A stretch of DNA of 64,000 bases from Squalus acanthias (taxonomy: Eukaryota): NCBI GenBank assembly GCA_030390025.1, contig JASTWF010000070.1:310001-374000 (forward strand), given 5' to 3'. The notes below the pieces were generated by a model. The model was not told where the DNA came from, searched no databases, and saw nothing but the letters and a program-made list of their open reading frames with translations. The position numbers and the translations under genes are program-made. Within the stretch, counting starts at the first letter, position 1, and every line of letters begins with the position of its first letter. Below are positions 38,654 through 48,250 of this stretch, in pieces.

Positions 38654-38703
38654 ATGTATTGCACCCTGATGTGTCCGCTTCGCCTCCATTTGACGGTTGT
38701 CAC
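38654..38703 (-). CDS. Gene D cytoplasmic exon 2 (predicted)
   Basis: acacag acceptor; GDNRQMEAKRTHQGAIH; gtaagt donor; phase 1-0. Confidence 0.55.
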
Positions 38704-38779
38704 CTGTGTATCAACAGTTAAGAATATGAATTTAAATATTATCAATTCTGGCTAATCTATATTTAATTATAGATGCAGC

Positions 38780-39140
38780 ATGCGCCAGTGGTCCCCTAAT
38801 ACGCCAATGGTCCAGCAATATGCCAATGGTACCGCAATATGACAATGGTCCAGCAATACGCCAACGGCACCCCAAAATGCCAATGGTACCCCAATATACC
38901 AATGGTCCACCCATATGCCAATGGTCCACCAATACGACAATGGTCCAGCATAACGACAATGGTACGCCAATATGCCAATGGTCCACCATATGCCAATGGT
39001 CCACCAATACGTTAATGGTACCCCAAAATGCCGATGATCACACAATAAGCCAATGGTCCACCAATTTCAATGGTACCCCAATAGGTCAATGATCCCCCAT
39101 TATGCCAATTATCCGCCACTACGCTAATGGTATCCCAATA
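38780..39140. repeat. Minisatellite of ~18-20-bp units (CCAATGGT(C/A)C..CAATA(T/C)G) in a gene D intron
   Basis: About 18 degenerate tandem units; they produce the repetitive ORFs at 38732-39092. Confidence 0.85.
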
Positions 39141-39361
39141 CAACAATGGATGGACATGAATGATCCACCCCCGGTGTCTGGCGTCTATTGTCCATCTGAT
39201 ACATATTTGTTAACATTAATAACCAATAATTTGCCTTTCTGTAGATCTGGCAGACAGGGGAATGATGGCAGGACATTTTGATGGCGGGAAATGCACTTAT
39301 TGATCTTTGAAATATCCCACAATTGATGTTCTCACTCCACCAACATTTCAATCCAGCTCAC

Positions 39362-39400
39362 CTGAGTGTTGTTCATTTCTTCCGGCTCTTATCGTTCTCT
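39362..39400 (-). CDS. Gene D cytoplasmic exon 1 (predicted)
   Basis: tttcacag acceptor; ERTIRAGRNEQHS; gtgagc donor; phase 1-1. Confidence 0.5.
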
Positions 39401-39760
39401 CTGTGAAACTAAAACTATATGCAAACAAAAATGTTAAACAAACATTACTTCTTGTAAATCCTTGGTCACATGCCATAAATATCGAGAACAGAATTGCGGA
39501 ATGGACTTTGATTCAATCTTAAAAGAACGTGGAAAATGTTTAAATTGGAGTCGGGGTTAACTGGTTTTGACACAGTGTTAAATACAGTGAGACTGTTACT
39601 GATGAACTTTGTAAATGGTTCAGTTACTCACCTTTCATTGTGGGGTCCCTTGACTCGTTCTTCTGAAACAATTAACTGTAATAAGTATTTAACGCTTCGA
39701 GAAGGGAGTCACATTAAACAAACTTTTATTCAAATATTCCTGATAAACATAAATTCACAC

Positions 39761-39862
39761 CTGATCTGCCGCTTTTATGATTCCAAATGGAAATGAGGAT
39801 CAATACCAGAACCAGACTCACCGAGACAGTTATGGCAAAGGGAAGGGTTAGAATGCACCACC
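39761..39862 (-). CDS. Gene D TM exon
   Basis: tttctctctgtag acceptor; GWCILTLPFAITVSVSLVLVLILISIWNHKSGRS; gt donor. Confidence 0.8.
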
Positions 39863-40134
39863 CTACAGAGAGAAACACTTAGAAAATGCATCTGGGTCAA
39901 ATCATTACTTTCTGGGATTCTCTTATGAGAAACTTGATCCAGTTACAGTGTAGGAGCATCAAACCCGGGGTGTGAAAGGACAAATCAGCCAATGCGACGC
40001 ATATTGGACAAGTGAAAGCTCATATTGGAATACATTGCACTAGTTTGGTGGTTGAGACAAATTGACAGACGGCACTCTTAGTTATGCCCCATAATTTTAA
40101 TAATACACAATGAAAACATACTATTTGAAAACTG

Positions 40135-40840
40135 AAACATAGAATGATTACAGATCAGAAGGAGGCCATTCAACCGATCGCGGCTGTGCCGGCTCGTTGG
40201 TGGAGCTACCCAATTAGACCCACCCCCCTTCTCTTTCCCCATAGCCCTGTTAATGTTATCCCTTCAAGTATTTATCCAGTTCTCTTCTGAAAGTTATTAT
40301 TGAATCTGCTTCCACCGCCCTTTCAGGCAGCGCATTCCAGATCACAACAACTCGCTGCGTAAAAAAATGTTTCCTCATCTCCCCTCTGATTCTTTTGCCA
40401 ATCACCTTAAATCTGTGTCCTCTGGCTACCGACCCTTCTGCCACTGGAAACAGTTTCTCCTTATTTATTCTATCACCACCCTTCATGATTCATGATTGAA
40501 CACCTCTATTAAATCTCCTCTTAATCTTCTCTGCTCTAAGGAATTCAATCCCAGCTTCTCCAGTCTCTCCACATAACTGAAGTCCCTCAACCCTGGTACC
40601 ATTCTGGTAAATCTCCTCTGCATCCCTCTCCAAGGCCTTGACATCCTTCCTAAATTGTGGTGCCCAGAACTGGACACAATACTCCAGCTGTGGCCCAACC
40701 ATTGCTTTATAAAGATTTAGCATAACTTCCTTGCTTCTGTACTCTATTCCTCTATTAATAAAGCCAAAGAGTCCATATGTTTTTTTAACAATCTTCCCGA
40801 CTTGTCCTGCCACCTTCAAAGATTTGTGCACATACACCCC
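40135..40840 (-). mobile_element. CR1 LINE 3' fragment
   Basis: LEYCVQFWAP, QRRFTRMVPG and FFTQRVVVIWNALP remnants. Confidence 0.85.
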
Positions 40841-41089
40841 CATGTTTTATGAGTGATAAACTGGAACAATTACCCAATTTCAGTGAAGCTTCATAACCCG
40901 ATTAAATGAAAATCTATTTCACGGGGAAAGTGGGGATTGATAAGGGGGGTTCGGGTCTTTATACAGGAAACGAGAAAATAAACGGCTGGAAATGAGCGAG
41001 CGTCTGATCCCAGCAGACGCGTTCAGCCAACTATTTCACCGCATCTCTTGACTAGTTTCAGGTCAGAAAGCGCGTTCACTCCAATCCAT

Positions 41090-41740
41090 TCCATCGCCCG
41101 TCTCTGCCCTTGCCTCAGCTCATCCGCTGCTGAAACCCTCATCCATGCCTTTGTTACCTCTAGACTTGACTATTCCAACGCACTCCTGGCTGACCTCCCA
41201 CATTCCACCCTACGTAAACTTGAGGTCATCCAAAACTCGGCTGCCCCCGTGTCCCAACTTGCGCCGAGTCCCGTTAACCCATCACCCCCTGTGCTCGCTG
41301 ACCTACATTGGCTCCCGGTTAAGTAGCACTTGGATTTCAAAATTCTAATCGTTGTTTTCAAATCCCTCCATGGCCTCGCCCCTTACTATCTCTGTAATCT
41401 CCTCCAGCCCCTACAGCCCCCTGAGATATCTGCGCTCCTCTAATTCTGTCCTCCTGAGCATTCCTGATTATAATCGCTCCACCATTGGTGACCGTGCCTT
41501 CTGTTGCCAATGCCCTAAGCTTTGGAAATCGCTCCCTAAATCTCTGTACCTCTCTTTCCTCCTTTAAGACGCTACTTAAAACCTCCCTCTTTGACCAAGC
41601 TTTTGGTCACCTGGCCTAATTTATCCTTATGTGGATCAGTGTCAAATGTGTAGTCTTAAAATACTCCTGAGCAGCTCCTTGGGACGTTATACTACGTTAA
41701 AGGCGCTATATAAATACAAGTTGCTGTTGTTGTTGTTGAT
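41090..41740 (+). mobile_element. L2 LINE 3' fragment
   Basis: AETLIHAFVTSRLDYSNALL...LHWLPV remnant; (TGT)n tail. Confidence 0.85.
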
Positions 41741-42047
41741 GCGCTGCCTGAAAGGGCGGTGGAAGCTGATTCACTAATAACTTTTAAAAGGGAACCGGAT
41801 AAATACTTGAAGGCGAGAATCTTGCAAGGGCTGTGGGGAAAGATCAGGGGAGAGTGGGATTATTTGGATAGATCTTTCAAAGAGCCGACACAGGTACGAT
41901 GGGCCGAATGGCCTCCTTCTGTGCTGTATCATTCTGTGATTCTAAGATGACACGCAGAAATCTAAAGTCAGCCAAGAGTGGAGAAAGTATTTACCGGGGC
42001 AACACATGGCATGACTACACATATGCCACCGTGTTGCCACATTACTG

Positions 42048-42510
42048 GGGCAACACGGTGGCATAGTGGTTAGCACTGGTGCCTCACAGCGCCAGAGACC
42101 CGGGTTCGAATCTGACCTCGGGTGACTGTCTGTGTGGAGTTTGCACATTCTCCCCGTGTCTGCGTGGGTTTCCTCCGGGTTCTCCGGTTTCCTCCCACAG
42201 TCCAAAAATGTGTGGGTTAGGTTGATTTGGCTATGATAAATTGACCCTTAGTGTTAGGGGGGATTAAATATGTGGGGTTATGGGGATAGGATGGGATATG
42301 TTAGGGGGAATTAAATACGTGGGGTTACGGGGGTAGGGTGGGATATGTGTACTGTGGGGATTAAAGCAGGGACAGGGTACTGGATTTGGATGATCAGCCA
42401 TGATCGTATTGAATGGCGGAGCAGGCTCGACGGGCCGAATGGCCTACTCCTGCTCCTAGATTCTATGTCTATGTTTCTATGTTTCTATGTTTCTATGTTT
42501 CTATGTTTCT
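42048..42510 (+). mobile_element. HE1-type V-SINE with CR1-derived tail
   Basis: tRNA A/B boxes (TGGCATAGTGG; GGTTCGAATC), V-domain TGTGTGGAGTTTGCACATTCTCCCCGTGTCTGCGTGGGTTTCCTCCGGG, (TTTCTATG)n tail. Confidence 0.88.
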
Positions 42511-42715
42511 AAGACCTGGGACGGAGGGTAACCGTAGCTTATTTCAATGTATTTTTTAACAGACTGATCGCACTATTTTTCCTGATATATAGATATTCAT
42601 GCTCATCCCGTGGTGTTGCTTTATTTACAGACGCGAGGCGCTTAGGAGCGAGTGAACTACTCCAACTGACGCTGAAGCTGAAAACTAACCTTCGCTAAAC
42701 AGATCACCGACTCAC

Positions 42716-43030
42716 CTGCCACTGTTTTGGGGCGCGACACGCTCTTGACCCAAGATTTGTCCTTGGAACCCAGCTCAACAATACAGGTGCAGACCCCGCC
42801 GCTTCTCCAGGCTTCCCTCGGGACCATCACATGGCTTCTGATGCTGTAGGTCCCGTCCGGGTCCAGTGTACCGGAATCGCTCCGTCCCTCGGTCAACTGT
42901 CCGGTAACGTTCCAGTAAATAGCAATCTGGTTCGAGGAGACGCCAGTGACCAAACACACCAAGGGGACGGTGTCCCTTAAATGCGGCTCCCCCGGCGGAG
43001 CAAACACCAGCACAGCCGGTGTGGAACTGT
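42716..43030 (-). CDS. Gene D C1-set exon
   Basis: DSSTPAVLVFAPPGEPHLRDTVPLVCLVTGVSSNQIAIYWNVTGQLTEGRSDSGTLDPDGTYSIRSHVMVPREAWRSGGVCTCIVELGSKDKSWVKSVSRPKTVA; follows a 90-bp intron; gtgagt donor. Confidence 0.9.
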
Positions 43031-43120
43031 CTGGACAGGGATTGGGACAAAGTTAACTCTTACTTTACACCGAATGATATTGCTGTGCATGATCTGAATT
43101 CAATTTGGTTTCGCTCTTAC

Positions 43121-43452
43121 CTCCAACCAGCAGTGTGGATCCATTCCGGAGCGGTGCATTGCCATCCCTGTCAGCACAGTAATAGGAGCCGGTGTCAGTA
43201 ACCTGCACATTGCGGATTTCCAGGATCAGTATTTTTTCGGTGTGTCCTCTTTTAGAAGTAAACTTGCAATCGGTCCGATTACAGGATGGGATATCGATTA
43301 GTCTCGGGGTTCACCCACACACTGCTTGTACCAGTAATAGCTATTCACAAATTCCACTTCATAATTCTGGTGACATTCCAATTCAACCGACTGGCCGACT
43401 CCGGCTGTAACTGTGAAGGGGCTCCGAGACAGAAAGGGCTGGGACTCTGCAA
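43121..43452 (-). pseudogene. Gene D pre-joined V exon with a 1-nt frameshift
   Basis: VAESQPFLSRSPFTVTAGVGQSVELECHQNYEVEFVNSYYWYKQCVGE[fs near 43305-43312]PRLIDIPSCNRTDCKFTSKRGHTEKILILEIRNVQVTDTGSYYCADRDGNAPLRNGSTLLVG; 332 nt, one short of a multiple of 3. Confidence 0.85.
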
Positions 43453-44080
43453 CTAGAGGGATTATTGTTACATTAGAACTGATTATTGAGCGATAGAAAG
43501 AAGCCGCGTTGAAACACCTCGCCTGTAATTTAAGAACAGCATAATTATTGCCTTTAGTTATTGCTTGTTATATCCATTCTCTAGTTTGCCTTTACTTCGC
43601 CTTATCGGAGGACCAGAAAGTAAGCCAACATTATCAACAACAACTTTCTTTGATACAGCGCCTTTAACGTAATTAAACGACCCAAGGCGCTTTACAGAAA
43701 TTTGACTCCGAACCACAAACTGAGATGTTTGGACAGGTGACCAAAAGCTTGGTCAAAGAGGTAGGTTTTAAGGAGCGTCTTAAAGGAGGAGAGAGAGGTG
43801 GAGAGGTTTAGGGAGGGAATTCCAGAGCTTAGGGATCAGGCAGCTGAAGGCACGGCCCGCCAATGCTGGAGCGATTAAAATCGGGGTTGTTCAAGTGTCC
43901 AGAATTGGAGGTGCGCAGAGATCTCGGAGAGCAGCAGGGCTGGAGGAGGTTACAGAGATAGGTAATCGGCGAAAATAGCAGCCCAAAAGCTGTTAGCTGG
44001 GCCACATTTTCAACTTAGTAAACAGAGTCTATTGTTTCTGGCTGATTCCATTTAGGAGCTCGCAACCGTGTCTCACTCAC

Positions 44081-44135
44081 CGTAAGGCCAGAACACGTGA
44101 ACAATGAGGATCAGGGAAAAAGCTTCCTTTAACAT
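44081..44135 (-). CDS. Gene D leader exon
   Basis: MLKEAFSLILIVHVFWPY, then G and gtgagt donor. Confidence 0.8.
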
Positions 44136-44499
44136 CTTGAGGCCGGAACCGCGCTCAGTTATTCCGTGCTTGCTCTCAACATTCTGCATTCGGAGTGGGC
44201 GCCGAGTGACCCGAGCGCACACAAAGTTGGTTACACCCGCTTCAGATACGGTGGAAACTATTACTAGCTAAGCCGTTGGGTGCAGTATCCTGTTGCATCC
44301 CACGCCTCATGTATTTTACATGTGGGCAGTGTCTGTGCATCACAGCGGTCAGTCTAATGTAAATTGCAGAGTGGACATAAAGTGCTTTCGATTATAGTTC
44401 GGAGAGGGTGAGTGAAAGGTTATGGTATGGATGTGCGCATTTGTCATTGTTCTGAATTTTAATTTTGGCAGTTAAAGTTGAGAATTGTATTTATTTCAT

Positions 44500-45910
44500 T
44501 CACAGGATGTGGGCGTCGCTGGCAAGGCCGGCATTTATTGCCCATCCCAAATTGCCCTTGAGAAGGTGGTGGTGAGCCGCCTTCTTGAACCGCTGCAGTC
44601 CCGTATGGTGAAGGTGCTCCCACAGTGCTGTTAGGGAGGGAGTTCCAGGAGTTTGACCCAGCAACGATGAACGGAAGGCCGATATATTTGTAAGTCAGGA
44701 TGGTTCAAAATCATGAGGGGTCTACACAGAGTAGATAGAGAGAAAGTGTTCCCATTGGTAGGAGGGCCGAGAACCAGAGGACACAGATTTAAGGTGATTG
44801 GCAATGAACCAAAGGCGGCATGAGGAAAAACTTTTGTACACAGCAATTATTTAGGGTTAGGATTCAATCGTGGTTTTCAAAAGGGAATTGGATAAGTATC
44901 TGAAGGGAAATTAATGCAGGGCTACGGGGAAAGGGCGTGGGAGTGGGACTAGCTGAAGTGCTCTTGCAGAGAGCTGACACGGGCTCGATGGGCCGAATGG
45001 CCTCCTTCTGTGCTGCAAACAATCTATGATTCTGTGATTCTGTGTGTGTGACTTGGAGGGGTAATTGGAGGTGGTGGTGTTCCCATTCACATGCTGCCCC
45101 TGTCCTTCTAGGTGGTGGTGGTCACGGGATTGGGAGGTGAAAGCCAGAAGTTCAGAATGTAATCCAAAAGTAGTCACGACACGGAAGCGTTTCCATACAC
45201 CGAATAAATGAAGTATATTGAACCCTGGCTGCTATCTGTCAGCAGCATCGTGAATAAGGATGTCTTATGGTCGCTATTGCTATTGGACCGTAAAGGTATT
45301 CCAGAAAGAGCTGGCTTGCGATTTCACCTGAAATACTTATCAGAGGAAATTCAGCAGTTGCCCTACAGAGCAAATCTCCGAGAATCTGCACTTGGAAAAT
45401 CCTTAGAGGAATGAAACCGAGGGACGGTGGGTGCAAAGTTTATAAGAATTTGATGTAAACACACTTTTCTTTAACTTTTGATCAAAGTAAGAACCTGGTC
45501 GTTTATTATTTATTCGTTCGTGGGATGTGGGCATCGCTGGCAAGGCCGGCATTTATTGCCCACCCTTAATTTTCCTTGAGAAGGTGGTGGTGGACTTCTT
45601 ACTTGACCCGCTGCAGTCCGTGTGGTGAAGGTACTCCCACAGCTCTGTCAGGGAGGAAGTTCCAGGATTTTGACCCAGCGACGATGAAGGAACGGCCGAT
45701 ATTTGTCCAAGTCAGGTTGGTGTGTGTTACTTGGAGGACGGAACTTGGAGGTGGTGGTGTTCCCTTGCGCCTGCTCTACTTGTCCTTCTTGGTGGTGGAG
45801 GTCGCGGGTTTTGGGAGGTGCTGCCGGAGAAGCCTTGGCGAGTTGCTGCAGTGTTGCCTGTATGGAGATAGTACACACTGCAGCCATGGTGCGCCGGTGG
45901 TGGAGGGAGT
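44500..45910 (-). mobile_element. LINE 3'-end repeat copies (with a nested CR1 at ~44700-45040); another copy at ~47170-47440
   Basis: Recurrent GGATGTGGGCGTCGCTGGCAAGGCC...CTTGAACCGCTGCAGTCC; minus-strand remnant HGLQRFKKAAHHHLLKG. Confidence 0.7.
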
Positions 45911-46198
45911 GGATATTTAATGAAAGATATTGAGGGTCAGAATAGTATCAATTACTCCTGTGCAGACACTGGGCAATGCAGATGAACAGGACGCGGTGTC
46001 ACATGGAAGGGGAGGCTGTAATTGAGGTCAATGTACTCGAGTCTTCTCTCTGTTCAGTTGAATCTACCATGGGTGGCAACTGTCTTCTGTGTGCGGTTGA
46101 ACATGGCGCCTCACTGTTTGACCTTTGTGTGTGTGAGCGGCTAAGCTGCAGAAACAGGAAAACCACAGAGAGCTTCTAGCTCGGCCATTATTTTCCAG

Positions 46199-46427
46199 CT
46201 CAAGTCAGAATCTCGGCCAGCCGTTTCCACAACTCGCTGCACTTTGCACATCTCCTCGCAAGCGGCCCGAGCAGCGTGAGCTGTGGTATTCAGAGCAACA
46301 GGCGTGGTCACAGCTAAAGCGCCTCTTCGCTGTCAACGAGCTGCCCCCTCTCTGCTTCAAGCTCAGTCTCGCTTCTTTGTCAGTTGAGGTCAGGCATTTC
46401 CGCATCGCTGTTCAGAAATTCAGTAAG
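46199..46427 (+). pseudogene. Possible decayed V exon relic
   Basis: ttttccag acceptor; LCTSP...ELWYSEQQAWSQLKRLFAVNELPP loosely matches gene B HWYKQQHREHLQLVYTVRKHMPP; no YYC seen. Confidence 0.3.
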
Positions 46428-48047
46428 GTACTAAATGGCCTGCTCAACTCAAAACCAGTTCTACCAGAAATTCATTCTAAAATTAAAATTGATGTAACTT
46501 TCTCTTAGCTCCCAGTTTCCATACCGCTTCATTCTTCTGATAATGGTAACCCTTGACATAGATTCTATAGGCGCCTTCCATAGAATTACACAGAATGTGC
46601 AGCACAGACACAGGCCATTCGGCCCAACCGGTCCATGCCAGTGTTCATGCTCCACACGAGCCTCCTCCCACCCCTCTTCATCTCACCCCATCAGCATATC
46701 CTTCTATTCCGTTCTCCCTCATGTGTTTATCTAGCTTCCCCTTAATTGCATCTATGCTATTCGCCTCAACCACTCCCTGTGGTAGCTCTCCAGCATTGTA
46801 TAAAAATCAGTTTTTGTTTGTATTTCTGATAGACAGATTTTAAAGTAGTTTTGTTATCTCTACAGGGAGTCGAGGAACCCCCGCCCCGGCCCCCTGTGGG
46901 GTGATTGATTTTAATACTTTAGCCACAGGAATTATTGTAGAGATGCAGAAATGCGACGACAATCCTGGTTAATTGTGAAGATAACTCAAACTATGTTCCT
47001 AAATGGCTTCCATGCGAAGTCGATATGTAAGACTTAAGCATGCATTTATGTGCGTGTGTATGTCTGTGTTTATATTTGGTGATTGTGTTTATATTGGAGT
47101 GCGTCTTTGTGTGTCTGTATGTGTGTGTATATATACGTGTGTATGTATGTGTGGGTGAGAGTATTTTTCTTTATTCACGGGATGTGGGCGTCGCTGGCAA
47201 GGCCAGGATTTATTGCCCATCCCTAGTTGCCCCTTGAGAAGGTGGTGGTGAGCCGCCTTCTTGAACCGCTGCAGTCCGTGTGGTGAAGGTGTTCCACAGT
47301 GCTGTTTGGTAAGGAGTCCCAGGATTTTGACCCAGCGACGATGATGCAACGGCCGATATATTTCCACGTCAGGATGTGTGACTTGGAGGGGAACTTGGAG
47401 GTGGTGGTGGTCCCATGCGCCTGCTGCCTTTGTCCTACTGGGCGTATGTTTATGTGTGTAGGTGTTTATGTGTAAGTGTGTTTGTGTTTCTGTGTATGTA
47501 TGTGTGTATGTGTTTGTGTGTATGTATGTGTGCATGTAAGTGCGTGTATGTGTTTTTGCATCTGTACATTTATGTGTGCTATGACGGGAAGCTGTTGCTA
47601 TCTGTCTACGCCACGAAGCTGCGAGCTGGGCCCTCCGAACTGGCAAACAGCTTTTTCATTGATGCCCCAGGCACACGCAGACTCTTCGCTTGCCGGTAGG
47701 GGCGCCATAGCCGCAGTTTCCATTCTCTTAAACCAATGACCTGGGTCCATTATTCGGAACTATACCCCTTGACCCTGGAATCACTTCTCCTGGCAGATGG
47801 CGTATGATGAAACGGCTGATTGGATTGAGTGGACGTGTCAACCAGTCAAACAGTGCAGTTGTCTGAATGGATACTTTGATTTTAAAATGAATCTTGTTGG
47901 TTTCTAATTAGAGCTTATTTATGTTTAATATCCGTCTACTGTTGCCGATAAACAGTAAACCAGATCCGGGTCTGATGGAGAACGAGTAAGCTGATATAAA
48001 CACAATTTAAATATCTATATATTTCCTTGTTTTAATATGTTTTCCAG

Positions 48048-48250
48048 GCTCGGGGAGGCCCGCGTGACCAGACTCGACACATCGACGGATTTTGCTGCAT
48101 TGAAAATGTCATCAAAAAAGAAGGCGGGAAAGAGACGCGAACTCGAATGGGATACATGAGATTTACGAAAGAATCCACAGCAGGCGGAAACAGTAATTTA
48201 ACTTGCAATGTAAACTCCCAGAGACTCTCAACAAACACCTAAGCTATCTC
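48048..48250 (+). pseudogene. Inverted decayed copy of the gene D terminal (ITIM) exon and 3' UTR
   Basis: GGPRDQTRH/STDFAALKMSSKKKAG versus GGPQDQILYASLEFAASEKSSKKKAG; clear nucleotide homology (GTCATCAAAAAAGAAGGCGGG) to the reverse complement of 35900-36130. Confidence 0.75.

Larger units (their letters stand above)
36020..44135 (-). pseudogene. Gene D: paralogous VJ-C1-TM-ITIM receptor (7 exons, ~326 aa if a single 1-nt deletion in V is restored)
   Basis: Exons 44081-44135, 43121-43452, 42716-43030, 39761-39862, 39362-39400, 38654-38703 and 36020-36106; GT-AG introns with compatible phases; minus-strand AATAAA near 35676-35686. Confidence 0.75.

Noticed and set aside
39185-39246. Alternative terminal exon for gene D (DLQKGKLLVINVNKYVSDGQ*)
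   Set aside because: Plausible acceptor but no motif; the 38654-38703 plus 36020-36106 path has better splice sites, an ITIM and a paralog. It cannot be excluded as an isoform.
46205-46405. Minus-strand ORF with FSCDH as an Ig C domain
   Set aside because: Lacks B-strand Cys/Trp spacing and splice sites.
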